From NCBI GenBank assembly GCA_047967505.1, contig CM106538.1: a stretch of 64,000 nt of DNA; one strand, written 5' to 3'. Made by a program: the position numbers and the translations under genes. This DNA is from Dipteris shenzhenensis (lineage: Eukaryota). A model generated the notes under the pieces. That model saw only the letters and a program-made list of their open reading frames with translations. It did not search any database and had not been told where the DNA came from. The stretch's first letter is position 1, and each line of letters opens with the position of its first letter. Below, one piece after another: positions 15,601-27,007 of the stretch.

Positions 15601-17615
15601 GCCAAGATTGATGCCTTTTTTACTAGCCAGGGAATGCAGAATAGTCCACACGAGAGCACCCTCTATGTCAGGAAAGACGGGAGGGATTTACACATTATTA
15701 TTCTTTATGTCGATGACATGTTGCTCACTGGCACAAATCTTGGAAAAATTGCAGACTTCAAGACTGAACTGCAGCAGACTTTTCAAATGTCCACTTGGGG
15801 CTGCTTCATTATTATTTGGGCATCCAATTTGTGCAGGATGACAGAGGCATTGTGTTATTGCAGTCCAAATATATTGGAAAACTGTTTACAGCCGCCTAAG
15901 GGCGTAGGATGTCTCATTTACTTTAATATGCAGGTGGATGCACAGCCCTAAGACTTCTCATTGGCAGGCTGTGAAGTGTGTGTTCACTTTTTTGCAATGC
16001 ACCCAATCTCTTGGTTTTCTCTTTCCCAGGGGAGGAGGGGGAGGGGGGACTTCCATTTACTTACAACAGCCTTGTACTTCATTTTGGTTGCAATTTCATT
16101 CCATCTTCCTTCGGCTGCATCCTCTTGCATTTAGTCGATTCTATTTCCGACACCAATGTAGTAGCTCCCACAGCAACTCCCTCTTTTACTCTGTCCATCT
16201 ATTGTGCTTCAACAGGAGAACACACACACTTTTTTCGGGTAAAAGAGATATTTCATTCTCCAACACAACACACACACACACACACACACATTTTTTGGGT
16301 GAAAGAGAGATTTCATTCTCCAACACACACACACATACACACACACACACATTTTTTTTGTGAAATCTTATATTTCTGTGTGGGAAACCCCAAAAGAGGT
16401 AAAAACCCACCAATAAGTACAAAGAAAAAATTTACAAGTAAAGCCTTAGAGCAAAAGTCATGAGGCAGCCAAAGTAAAAAGTTACATATCAAGCTGGAGG
16501 AGGATCAAACACAACATCCTCTAGCTTCAGATTATTGCTTTGTAAAAACTGATGCTGTGTAGAAACCACACCATCAATAAAAACAAGCTGTTTTTTGCCC
16601 TTGTGATTCTTCTTAATATAGCTCGGCACCCGAAATTTTTGAATCGCAGTGTAAAAAACCTGTTGTAACATGGGATGAAAAGAATCCAGTGAAAATGGCA
16701 CATCTGCATATCCCAAACAAAAGAAGACTTTGGCACAGGCATCAGAGGCAAAGGAGCTAGATTAACATCTATATCCTCCGACGACAGAGTTGCATCTGAT
16801 AAAGGAGGACTCAGCATTTCAGCTTCACTCCGAGGATCAACCTGAGAAAGAGCATGTGCAGCATCTTGTATGATCCCCTCTGCAAGGGGCACATCCACAT
16901 CCTGAGGAGGAGGAGGTTGATGATGCTCAAAAGGAGTCGGATCTTGAACTTCTTCAGCAAGAGAGAGATTGGCCTGTGGGCTGAGTTTGCCCTTCACCTC
17001 CCAAGTGCCAACAGAAATTCAGTACGAAGACTTCGTATAAATGGATGCTCAAGTATGTGTGGGTGTGTGGATTTGTATGTGTGAGAGCATACTTTTATAC
17101 TATGGTCTACACCAACTGTTGGGTGCTGATGACATCAGTGGGGATGTCATAATAGCTAGTCCCTGCTATGCATGATGGAGTTTATGGTTTTCAATCTTAT
17201 GAGTGACTATCGTGAGATTGAAACTGCACTATGTTGTGTTTTTAGAGGATGAGTTTGGGAATGCTCCTAGATTCATCTAGGTATATGTGATTTTTCTACC
17301 TTCCTCCAGTAATGCTTTGGAGCAATAAAAGAAGGCTTATCGAGTAAAGCCTTAGCAGAACTCGGAGAAGGAAGAGTAACCTTCACAGTTGAAGTAGGAG
17401 CAGGAGGAGCGGTCATGGAAGCAAAAGGGCGAGTACGTGCAAAATGACCAGCCTGACGACACCGATAACAAGCTGTAGGAAAAGAAGCAAAATGCAGCCT
17501 GATGCGCATTGGATGGGCAAACCCCAAATCAAGATCCAGAGTAGATGGCACGGGCTGCATCATATCCCATAAAATACAGAGCCAAACATCACGGGTAGCC
17601 TGCAAGAACTCCTGT

Positions 17616-17661
<46 letters not shown>

Positions 17662-19392
17662 TACCTTTTTGTCCTTAGAAGCCAGTATTTGGTCTTCTTT
17701 GGGCATTATACATGTTGTTTATAACATTTTCTTGAGGGTGTAGACGGGACGTGCTCAAGTTTACTACTATTCAGTTTGCAAATGGTCGCAGAATCATTTC
17801 TAAATGGAATGGTAATGCATTGTGTCCCTTTGTACAAAGAAATAGTATAAGCTCTGTCATGCCACAAAATGGACTCAGCTCCTATAATCCTCTTTCCTCC
17901 CCTTGCAAGAAAAGCATGCTTGCTTGGAGAGTGTGGATTAATGTTTTGACCCTCTGGAAAAGCTGCTAAATTCATCACCAACTCGGATTCATTTCAAATG
18001 GTCGCAGAATCATTTCTAAATGGAATGGTAAAGCATCGTGTCCCTTTGTACAAAGAAATAGTATAAGCTCTGTCATGCCACAAAATGGACTCAGCTCCTA
18101 TAATCCTCTTTCCTCCCCTTGCAAGAAAAGCATGCTTGCTTGGAGAGTGTGGATTAATCTTTTGACCCTCTGGAAAAGCTGCTAAATTCATCACCAACTC
18201 GGATTCTGTCTTGTCTGCTTCTCAGAGGTGGGGATGCTCTCAAATAGTTAATACAGATTTAGACTGAAGCTGGCACTTCAGAAGGGAAGGTGAGGTTAAG
18301 CGAAGAGATCCATGACAGCTCAGCTCCTGTAAACCTATTTTGGATGCTTATGATGCTGCCTGTGGGTCCTAAGTTCTGTATCATGAGATACTGCAACAAT
18401 TGTGATGCTATGTTGTGTATCAGAGGAGATCAAACGTGAGAAATGTCTGTTGCCCAGGTGTAGAAATGTAGTTAAAGGTTTGATGTGGGGAAAGAGTCCG
18501 GTGCGTGATGTTCATGCAGTCTTCTGGCAGGAATATTGTGCATGTGTAATATATTTGTACACATGTGATTGAGTTTGTTCGCTGGTTTGCTTGTTCGAGT
18601 ACATATGTATTGCTGTGCCCATGTATGTCTGTAAATCTGTGTGCATGGGTAGGTGGTATGGGCACGTGAAGAGAGTGGGCGCAGGGGGGTCGGGGAGCAT
18701 AAGGTGGATGTTGGTGGAGGGTGCACAGGTACACATGCATGCACATACTTGAGTGGCCAGTATATTGAGTGCAGGTGCAGGTGCAGTTGCATGTATGCTT
18801 GAATGCGTTTGATAGTGGGACTGTGTTGCTTTTGTGTACACATCTGTGCTTCTGTTTTCCTCAATCAGAAAGCAATTGGAATTGAATTTTTTATATTTTG
18901 TCTTTACTTATGTTTGTTGCAGCTTGTTGGAAGGCTTCCTCCTGAAGACCTGATGGCACAGTTGCCTTCCTTCTTACCTGCATTGTTTGATGCATTTGGC
19001 AATCAAAGTGCAGATGTGCGCAAGGTATGATATGTAGAATACATATTATTTTTATTATCGTCCTGAAGAACCAGGCCTGACTGCCCCACAGCTTGAATTG
19101 CATCTCAAATATCCTAAAAATTTATGGGTCTTCACCTCGTGTGCAGACTGTTGTCTTTTGCCTGGTAGACATATATATTGTTCTTGGAAAGGCATTTTTA
19201 CCTTATTTGGGTAGCCTAAGTAGCACCCAACTGCGGCTTGTTACTATTTATGCGAATCGTATTTCTCAGGTATGGTCTTTCTAAGCGCAAAATGTGTATG
19301 TATTCTTGCTGTTTTCATTTTCAAATTAACTTACTGAATCTTGGTGCCAGCAGGCCAGATCTGGGACGCCCTTGGACTCAGCTCAAGTATAG
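629..19392 (+). CDS. CLASP: CLIP-associated protein (CLASP), 5'-partial, 15 coding exons in window
   Basis: Exons 629-703, 874-942, 1075-1160, 1274-1391, 6251-6349, 6473-6815, 9953-11877, 12050-12151, 13291-13395, 13507-13581, 13705-13773, 13883-13951, 18923-19024, 19147-19269, 19354-19392. All have GT-AG boundaries and compatible phases, 3399 nt including stop. The translation matches plant CLASP (ACHLLCLLSKELL..., MLRNCRVARVLPRI, DPPSARDPP, SSDWSARVAAFNY, LDDPHHKVAQAALSTL, AFGNQSADVRKTVVFCLVDIY, QLRLVTIYANRISQAR). The N-terminal TOG exons lie upstream of the window. Confidence 0.96.
874..942 (+). CDS. CLASP: CLASP exon (VLFKLVVITVLVIAESADTCIKT)
   Basis: cag|GTG ... ACG|gtaagt, 69 nt. Confidence 0.93.
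1075..1160 (+). CDS. CLASP: CLASP exon (MLRNCRVARVLPRIVDSAKNDRNSVLRAR)
   Basis: gcag|ATG ... AG|gttgct, phase 2 end. Confidence 0.92.
1274..1391 (+). CDS. CLASP: CLASP exon (CCDYALLVLEQW...CCVGDAMSE)
   Basis: cag|GTGC ... GAG|gtctga. Confidence 0.92.
1926..5400 (-). mobile_element. Degenerate LINE (ORF1 + APE endonuclease + 3'-truncated RT) in CLASP intron; RTEX/L2/CR1-like rather than plant L1
   Basis: ORF1 ~4600-3860: coiled coil, LNVLVTGL, RPLVVKL, LKGTKIYLDEDLT, GKWAVYRDGK. APE: LAVWNCNG, FYTETH, LLGDFNA, STVDY (3770-3040). RT: WYDDEC, NYRTLMI, HSTLDHIFTL, CFVNFWKAFDTV (2766-1934). Many frameshifts; ends approximate. Confidence 0.88.
6251..6349 (+). CDS. CLASP: CLASP exon (VRSTARTCYRLFAKCWPDRARRLFASFDPVIQR)
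   Basis: ttag|GTT ... AGA|gtaagt. Confidence 0.94.
6473..6815 (+). CDS. CLASP: CLASP exon (LINEEEGGLHKRYASPS...SLESVLQASQQQVNAIETML)
   Basis: tgcag|TTA ... CAAG|gtatgg, phase 1 end. Confidence 0.9.
7300..9230 (-). mobile_element. Highly degenerate Ty3/gypsy-like remnant with probable 5' LTR at 8674-9230
   Basis: LTR candidate with TGTGAG...CTCACA termini, followed on - by a TGG-starting PBS-like sequence (8670 down). Zinc-knuckle remnant NCETLAH*AYLC at ~8000-8045. RNase H-like traces (KWLMQLHDLEY) near 7530-7560. Confidence 0.5.
9953..11877 (+). CDS. CLASP: CLASP large central exon (TOG/HEAT repeats and Ser-rich linkers)
   Basis: Lies inside the 647-aa ORF 9940-11883. Tandem acceptor tgcagcag; donor CAG|gtgtga. 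Confidence 0.95.
12050..12151 (+). CDS. CLASP: CLASP exon (LCSGSDEK...ANQSTIWSQ)
   Basis: tgcag|CTC ... CAG|gtggtt. Confidence 0.85.
12558..12605. repeat. (CT)n microsatellite
   Basis: Perfect dinucleotide run. Confidence 0.97.
13291..13395 (+). CDS. CLASP: CLASP exon (YLNQILTGLLEVLDDPDSSVRELAL...)
   Basis: tgcag|TAC ... CAG|gtcatc. Confidence 0.92.
13507..13581 (+). CDS. CLASP: CLASP exon (KDILEDSVELLLEKLLHSTRD)
   Basis: ttag|AAA ... ACG|gtaatt. Confidence 0.9.
13705..13773 (+). CDS. CLASP: CLASP exon (VSSAADRCLTTVLTQFDPYRCLT)
   Basis: atag|GTT ... ACG|gttcga. Confidence 0.9.
13883..13951 (+). CDS. CLASP: CLASP exon (VVVPLLVSEDEKTLVTCISSLTK)
   Basis: tgcag|GTG ... AAG|gtcagc. Confidence 0.92.
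14390..15330 (-). mobile_element. Ty1/copia integrase-region fragment
   Basis: AAYFITFTDAYSK; RKLDSRSIECIFVGYAEEQKAYRL. Confidence 0.85.
15420..16030 (+). mobile_element. Ty1/copia reverse transcriptase fragment
   Basis: LVDLPAGKKATGTTWVYKLKRKSNGSIDRYK; VCKLKKALCGLKPAPR; ILYVDDMLLTG; MHSPKTSHWQAVK. Confidence 0.9.
16470..17617 (-). mobile_element. L1-type ORF1 remnant (zinc knuckle + Pro-rich tail)
   Basis: RIRLHFASFPTACYRCRQAGHFAR (CX2CX4H knuckle), followed by a low-complexity Pro/Ser ORF at 16997-16527. Confidence 0.55.
17618..17657. repeat. (CA)n microsatellite
   Basis: Perfect run. Confidence 0.95.
17779..18206. repeat. Near-identical tandem duplication, period 216 bp
   Basis: 17779-17990 vs 17995-18206, only a few substitutions. 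Confidence 0.95.
18923..19024 (+). CDS. CLASP: CLASP exon (LVGRLPPEDLMAQLPSFLPALFDAFGNQSADVRK)
   Basis: tgcag|CTT ... AAG|gtatga. Confidence 0.94.
19147..19269 (+). CDS. CLASP: CLASP exon (TVVFCLVDIYIVLGKAFLPYL...ANRISQ)
   Basis: tgcag|ACT ... CAG|gtatgg. Confidence 0.94.
19354..19392 (+). CDS. CLASP: CLASP terminal coding exon (ARSGTPLDSAQV*)
   Basis: ccagcag|GCC AGA ... GTA TAG. Confidence 0.85.
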   Translation, partial: ARSGTPLDSAQV

Positions 19393-21613
19393 GTTGGTTT
19401 GCAGTTTGTTGACATGAGAGTGTGGGTTTAACCTTTATCATACTGAAGAATTTGTCTATATCTGTGTGGCTTGCTCCCTCTACCTTCGACCCATGTGGTT
19501 TTTAAGTTAAACAATGTAGCTAAACGATGGTTAGGGCCTTGTACCGTTTTCTGCAAGCTCTGAGTGTTCCAGAATGTCTCGAAGCTCCAGGGTCTGTAAG
19601 GGAGGCTAAAATGCCTGGATTATAGCCATAATTCATTTATCGAGGAAGAATGACCGAACTGCTCACATGTAAAAATTCTGTTGTGAAGTCGAGTGTGACT
19701 CAGCTAAAATCAGTTTTTCCCTTGTGTATCAATTATACCACTCAGATAAGAAAGGGTTTTTCACAGGATGTTTAGCTTTATAGCATCAGATTGAAGTGAT
19801 GGATATAAAGGGAGCTCAACTGAGGGGAACTGAGTGAAGATGGACCCAGTTTGTATGTTACATGCTCTGCTAGAGGAAATGGGTATTTTTAAAGCTGTTC
19901 TTGATTGCCATTGGATATGTAGAAGTTGGGACTGGAATAAAAACAGTACCATGGGAAGCGGACAGCCTGGATGATTATGTGTAATCTCAGGCTTCCACGC
20001 TTGAGCAAACTTATCAATGTAATCTATTTTGTGATCTATTATAAAGAATTGTGTCACCAGAACATTGCTATCATTTTTTAGGCATGAAATGGCTTCAGAA
20101 GGGTCTCTCTTTTTGTTTTCCTCTTCATTATGTAAGGCTTTCTATAAGGACTGGAGGCGGCAATGAAATATTTGTATTGTTCATTCAGTGTTTAACCTAG
20201 AGTTTGTTATCCCATTCCTGTTACCTTCAAGCTCTTGTGGAACTATGGAATGACATCTTATAGTTTCTTCTCCGATGGCAAGCCCTAGAAGATATCAAAA
20301 GCTATTGGGAATATAGTCCCTTCATGTATTAACAAGCAAGATAACCTTAGTTAATTAAAAAGGCTAGCAATTGTCTGAATAGACTGCTCATTTATCAGTT
20401 TTTTAATGGGTAATGCTAAGTCCGTCCTTTTTGTACACTTTCCTTATCAAAAGAGACAAAAAAAAGGGTGTTTCCGTGAAGCAAGCGTGGAGTGGTGCTT
20501 TTGGTTAGGCTTCTAAAGTATTATTCCTGGTTTTTCTTACCAATAAGAATGCCCCTCCTTACCTGGTTCCTGCTGCTACCATGTACACAGAGCTGTTTTA
20601 GGCCTCCCCTTCACATGTGACAAGACAAACTTGTGGAAAAACCCTTAGTTTAAAACCCAATTGCAATGCAGCAGCACTCGCTGGTATCTTGAGAAGTATG
20701 GTTGTCCCTTTGGAGGAGGAATGATTACACTAGAATCTGAAGGGTATGGTACCTTCCTCATTACTTCCGCTGTGCCCAATGCTTTAAGAAGGGTTACACT
20801 TCCATATAATTTCAATGGCTGCATGAAATGTGAACATTAGGACATGGTTTGAAGGGTTATTGGCTAGGTGGCAAAGGTTGCCTTTGCTTATTTGCCATGA
20901 AATGAATTTGGTTGATAGTGTAAGTGTTGCCGCTTGCTTTGCTAATTGCATTTTAGAGATGTAACTTTCAAGTGGGAGAGACTATGCAATATATTTCTAC
21001 ATGGGCCTTGATAAATTAATATATTCTTGGAAGTGGAGTAGACTTTTGAAGGAAAAAATTAAATAAACAGCTCGTGAATTTGATCACATGTAACATTGAA
21101 GATTGTGGCACCTTTTAAGTTGTTTGCTATTGTTGGGAAGGTTCATTACAATAGGTGCTTGAAGTGATGTTTCACATATAAAGGTATACGACACTTAAAT
21201 GGTGAGTTGCTTGGGATGTTGAGGTTGACACTTGGTTTGCCTAGAGGTGGCAAATAATCATTACTACATCAACCAAAGTGGCTTTGTTAAGATAGAAAGA
21301 CGGGACCAAGTAATTTCATATTTGTCATGGGTAAAGTTATTGTGCCGGCTATTCACAATTGTTAATCTTTACTAAAACTGATAGTCAAAAGAGTGTCTTA
21401 TATGTATATTTATATGCCTAGAATATGAGTTGAGCTTGCAATACAAGTGTGCCAATTATTTGAGCCACAATTCAATCTGCAACACTAAAAAGGCTGTTGT
21501 TAAGCTTGAAGCAACCCAATCAAATTAGGGGGCAAAAAAGTGCCAAAGTTAGTGGTTGTAAAGGGCACGAAACACTTAAATTTTGTGGTTGAAGGCTTTA
21601 GAGTGGAGGTCTA

Positions 21614-23300
21614 TGTTATGAGGGTGCCCCTAGGCTCACACAAATAGCATTTACAGTTAGGGTAACTTGGCCCCTGACACCCTTGGAGAGGAGTGGACCA
21701 TCCTTGGTAGGAACCATTTAGGAGCTCTCACCCCTTCCCCATTGGTTTCGAGCACAGGAGCCGTCTCTGTAGGTAGGATTTGGACCAAGAATGTAGGAAA
21801 CAAGCGACATAAAGAAGATAGAAATCATGGATTGGATCTTGATGATCTTGGTCTACCAAATTGAAGTCCATTGGATCACATGCATTCACACAAGCCTTGA
21901 AGCAACCGCAAACTTGTCTTCCTTCTATCATGGATTCGATCTTGATGATCTTGGTCTACCAAATTGAAGTCCATTAGATCACATGCATTCACACAAGCCT
22001 TGAAGCAACCGCAAACTTGTCTTTCATACACTCTAAATCATTGAAGTTCTACATTACATCAAGCATGAAACTTGTGAAATGGCACTACCAAGGTGAACTC
22101 TACTATCTACAAGATAAATCACGCAACTTCACGATCCCATATCTACAAGGTTAGTCAATGCAACTTCATGATCCCAATCTACAAGTCTTTGACTCACTCA
22201 CCCATCTGGATTGGACACCCACAAGTGAGCTTGCTCTAGATGAAGCAAACATCCCCACTCCATACAACAAGATCTTAAGATCACCCCCCTAAGAGAGAGT
22301 GTCTATAGGTGGTAAATATCAAATCTAGAAAATGTGTTCATGGAGCATTAGTGGATCCGTCGAGCTCCTAGCTAGGACATGTTGTAACTTGTGTTAAAGA
22401 AAGAGCCTTTAAGGCTATTGGCTCACCTGTGTGGCACGTTCATGGAAATAAAGCATGTTTCATCTCACGTTGGTCTAGCTAGGAAGGGACAAGGCCTTCT
22501 TAGTACTTTCTAAAAAATGCATACCTTGAGAGATGATTATGGGGATAGTACATTTTCCTATTCTAGATAGGGATGGCAAGAGGGTTCCACATGCATCCTT
22601 GCAAGGATGGCATGTCAAACCACCCCATAGTCCTTTGCTTGGAGTAGCCACGAGGGAGGTCACTGTAGTGTGGAACTCCCTCTACCAAAAGAGGTTAGAT
22701 CATCTTTGGTTGGTCCTCCTACTTTGCTCGGTCAACCTTCTTCTTAACTTCTAAAGCAAAATGTCCAAGCTTATGGCAATAGAAGCACTGCTAGGTTTCT
22801 GTCTCAAGAGTTCGTATCATGTTTTGACAAATCATCCTTCTCTTTATGGGGCTTACGTTTACTAGGCTTTCCCTTTGCTATATAAAGGCCTTTCTTTTGA
22901 GATCATTTTCATCATACTACTTTATCTGAGCCTCTTCTTAAAGTAATAGTGGGCCTAGACACTCAAACATGATTGGCTTTAATTGTTCTTTAGAGGTAAG
23001 ATTTGTCCTCAATCTTTTGTAGCTCTTGGGAAGCTTACTGATCAAAAGCATAGCCAACATATGGATGTCCACCTGTTGTCAATTGATCCTTGAGAACAAT
23101 CAGCTTCACAAGGAAACGTGAGCAAAGCCTTCCCTCCATCGTCTTGGTGAACAATTGATTATGGAGCGTGATGATTTTCCATATTCTTTGATCCTTCAAG
23201 ATCTCCCATGCCTTATGTGTTGTCTCTATCAATCATATATATGAGATATCATTGCATCTAAGTTTGAGGTGATCATGGGAGCAACTCCTTTTGGCTAATT
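21614..23300 (-). mobile_element. Copia-like remnant: candidate 3' LTR 21614-22280, PPT, gag fragments
   Basis: PPT-like AGGGGGGTGA on - at ~22281-22291; gag-like KAWEILKDQ at ~23200. Confidence 0.45.
21824..22023. repeat. Tandem duplication, period 103 bp
   Basis: 21824-21920 vs 21927-22023, near-identical. Confidence 0.95.
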
Positions 23301-23649
23301 AAAAGTGTGCTCCAAGATAAACATTTGCAGGTAGTTGTAGCCATAGATTAGAAAATAGTTTGTTTTGTTTTGTAGGGGTCTTATGATCAATGACGAGCTC
23401 CTCTATATAGTTTTTGTTCTTTGTCACACCTACCTCAAAAGTGTTGTCACCACCCATTAGATGGTTGATCCAACTGTTTAGCATCAACAAGGGACTAGCC
23501 TCAAATTCACAAGGGTCCAAGTTCTCTCCCCCCCCCCCCCAAAGAAAGAGGGTTTTATATTACTTCTAGCATATACAACTTGTTCAACTAATAAAGATTA
23601 ACAAAAGAAAACTGAGAGAGAGAAAAGCAAATCATACATCAGTTATAGA

Positions 23650-24100
23650 TTGAGGGTCTTTGATCTTGGCTTTGAAGTCTCTAATCAAAGCCTTGCCATC
23701 TCGAAAGACAACCCATTTTCCTTTTTTTTGGCGGCCTTTACCTTTGCAAGCTCTGAGGTCTTAGTCTTAAGCTGAGCTTTTGTGAGTTCCTCTACCATCC
23801 ACACGCTTAATCCTTTCAGCTTTTTCGATTGTCTAACAATCTGAGTTCTTTCATCTTTTGACTCGAAGGAAAGGATTGCATGCGCTCCTACTTTTCCAAT
23901 ATTAAACTCTAGGTCTTCCCATTCAACTCTTGGTAAAGCTTTGCTGATTTTCTCACGAGTCTCTTCACAACAAATGCCTATCTTTCTTTGTACCTCTATA
24001 CTCAACTTCTCTCTTGACTCCACTAGTGTAAGCACTCCAAGATTGTGGTAGCACACTCATTGTCATTGTTGTACCTCTCTTGTGCTTTCTGACAGCAAAG
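23650..24100 (-). mobile_element. LINE ORF1-like coding remnant, related to the ORF1 at ~3900-4400
   Basis: KKLKGLSVWMVEELTKAQL...GKWVVFRDGK parallels LKGTKIYLDEDLT...GKWAVYRDGK. Confidence 0.7.
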
Positions 24101-24549
24101 GTAAGAGTGGAAGTGTTTAGCTCTTCGACGCTACTTCAAGTAGTCTATGGCTATTGACTTTATATACAAGCCTTTCGCAATTCATGTAGCTACTCTTCAT
24201 ACGCGTAGCAAACAATCCATAATCATCCTCCATTATTCTATCTTAGATTTCTATCATGAGTTAGGTGGAGACTCTAGATGACAGGACTCCCTCTAATGCT
24301 AATTGTGGCTAGTTTAAGGACAAACTGAGTTTCATGATCAATTGTGAGTTATTACAAAACATTATAGTCACACTTGACCTGGCCCATATGAAGAAGGATG
24401 ATAAGCATAAAAAACCAAGGTCAATATCATTACAAAGGCTTCCACATTCTCTTCAAACTAGAAAGTTTTACATCCTTGTGAGGCTTTGAATCTTGAGGGT
24501 TAGGAATGAGCATGTGCAATGGCCTTCTAATAACAAATCAACCAAATAA

Positions 24550-25430
24550 TTTGGTACCTACAAAGAGGATCCGTCCAAGGACAAGATGCATAGTGGTGAA
24601 GGTCAAGGCTACTAATGGGTTTGTTCAAATAGCCTATTACAACATAGATGGTATGCTAGCAAGTGCTATAAGCATGACATTGGGGCCCATAGACAAGGGG
24701 TGGAAATAGAGGTAGGCATGTAGAAAGATCAAGGCTAGTAGTGGGTTTGTTCAAATAGCCTATATTAGAACAAAGATGGTATGCTAGCAAGTACTATAAG
24801 CATGACATTGGCGCTGATAGAGACAAGAGGCACAAAGAGAAGTAGACATGCAGAAATTCTACCCTCATCCAAGTTTTGTTGCAACTCAAGAGGAGCCAAG
24901 CTAGACCATCATGCCATTCTTTGATGACAAGACCCTTCTTCTAGTTTCCTCATGCTAACATTTGATGAAGTTCCCTTCAGGTTTTATGTGGATAATTCAT
25001 TAAGAGTAGGTATAGAGATAAGGGCAAAGCTAGAGGATGTGATCACAGGGGATATGGTATAGAACCTCTACTTCCTTTTCACCAATGGGCACCATTTGGT
25101 GCATGCTTTGCTCTCGTGTTCAGCACCCTTGCATGAGGCTCAATGGTTTCATATAGACTTACACCCTAGCAACATCTTGTTAGGTTCAAATGGTGCATAT
25201 TGAGTGTGATCATTGATTAGGGAATGGTACAAGACCTTTTTGAGGATTGCAAGGCCTTTAGAAAATTGAATTGGCAATCCTTGGAGATAGAGGGCAGAGC
25301 AAACCTTCAAGCACAAATGAGACTATGCTAAAAAAATTGGCTTGCACCAAAGTTGTGTGTTTTTGTAATGCAAGGAGGTAGATACAACCTACAACCTATT
25401 GATGTATACAAATACTTGAAAGTAGTGTCC
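24550..25430 (+). pseudogene. Degenerate atypical protein kinase (copy 1)
   Basis: WYASK (beta3 Lys, duplicated by a ~126-bp tandem repeat at 24600-24830), TIMPFF hinge, LHEAQWFHIDLHPSNILL catalytic loop (~25130-25185), VIID*G (DWG), WLAPKL, IDVY. Many stops and frameshifts. Confidence 0.75.
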
Positions 25431-25673
25431 ACATGCTTGATCAATCTCTTGTAAAGTTCATTGCACAAAATATTGGTGACAAGATGATGGCAACTAACCC
25501 TATGGAGAGAAAATCCGCCAAGTCACAATAGAGAATTGTAGGATGTATGGCTGCAAAGGGAGCTAGCCACGTGGCCCAACAAAGAGGTAGATTTTTCACT
25601 AAACCTTTTGGACCAATGTCTCTATTTGTAATCACAATTCACAATGTAATGTAATCCATTTCTTATCCTGTCA

Positions 25674-26500
25674 TGATTGGAGAAAATGTGACGTATTGCA
25701 TCGTAACATGTGATGTATTGCATTGATGATAATGTGACGTATTGTACATCATCTTGCATTGATGATAATGGAGCAAAGAAAGGTGGCAAAGGCTATGGAG
25801 GATGATAGAGGAACATAGATATAGAGTGAGAGCAACATGTAGAAAACAAAAGTGATGTAATATTTATTCATCAAGAAAGGTCTCTTATATAGGATGCGTA
25901 CACAATGGAGCTACATCATTGATGAGATCATAAAGGTATCTCATGTCCTATGATTCTCTCAATCGTCCCTTGAGACTCTCAATCATGCTACACACTATGA
26001 ACATCCAATTTTGCATTATTGTTTATGGCACTGTGAGGACACACCCGTTGTAGGGATGGCTAGGGAAATTTGGTGATCAATATCTCAGCATATCCCCACT
26101 CATGGTTAGTTACTCAGGTTCCAGCATCCACACTATATGAATAAAAGTAGTTTGTCCCCTCCTAGTCCAAAATAAACAAATTGAAGGCCCACACTATGCT
26201 GCAGCCCTTGGTGAAGGGTCATTGTACCTAGTGACCTTAGAAAGCTAGTGTTAATCTACAATAATTTTGCTTCATGAGAGACCTCTTCCTCACCTTCTTC
26301 TCCTCCTCCTCAGAGCTTGAGTCCTTTTCTTTAGGAAGCAATGTTCTTCTATGTGATTTTTCTTGCCACAAAAGCCACAAGTCTTTTGGTCCTTTCTTTT
26401 TGCCCTACTTGTTGGAATTCCTTTTGAAGAACTTTTTCTTTGAGTAGTGTACCTCTTAATTGCTATGGGAGAAGCTAGGGTCCACTTTCTTTCTCTTGAA
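25674..26500 (-). mobile_element. Heavily deleted copia remnant (short LTR candidate 25674-25964 + gag zinc knuckle)
   Basis: TCGFCGKKNHIEEHC knuckle at ~26340-26385. Imperfect terminal inverted repeats tgattggagaa / ttctctcaatcg with an adjacent purine tract on -. Confidence 0.5.
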
Positions 26501-27007
26501 CTCTTCAAGTAAATATTCTTCCACTCCTTCTAGCTTTGGATATGGTAAATTAGCAGATGGTGTTGCAACGATGGGGACAATGGTGGCGCCGGTTAATTGT
26601 GGCTGCGTTGGCCTTTTGCCCCATGTCCTAGATTTGTCAACAAATTCTATAGGCACATCCAACACAAACTTTGCATACAACATCTTTGCAAAGTAAAGTG
26701 GCACGGCCCCGCTATGGGGTTTATCAGATTTGATCATGTAGTGAATGTAGTATGCATTCTTCCTCATAGCGGGGTGGTGAAAATTCTTGATGGGCCACCA
26801 TCCATGTGCAGCATCGGTGCAATCCCATACTACTGCAATATTGTCATTGGAGACCACTGCATTCATGCAGTTGTATTTCCAACCGTTCAGATCATGAAAG
26901 ATGCTTGCATTGTCAATTACATGTGCCTCATGTCTTTGTGTCGATAGGAGGGTAGCATCAGTAGCAGCCACGTCCGTTATGCACTTCATGCCTTGCTTTC
27001 CTCTCAT
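26456..27007 (-). CDS. Hypothetical protein, probable mobile-element accessory ORF
   Basis: 183-aa ORF of globular composition (WWPIKNF...PLYFAKMLYAKFVL). Its 3' end runs into copia gag sequence. No domain recognised. Confidence 0.4.
   Translation of the reverse strand: MRGKQGMKCITDVAATDATLLSTQRHEAHVIDNASIFHDLNGWKYNCMNAVVSNDNIAVVWDCTDAAHGWWPIKNFHHPAMRKNAYYIHYMIKSDKPHSGAVPLYFAKMLYAKFVLDVPIEFVDKSRTWGKRPTQPQLTGATIVPIVATPSANLPYPKLEGVEEYLLEEFKRKKVDPSFSHSN

Noticed and set aside
15938-18864. ORFs rich in HT/CV repeats (also 46662-47016, 12772-13069)
   Set aside because: Translations of CA/GT/CT microsatellites and low-complexity sequence
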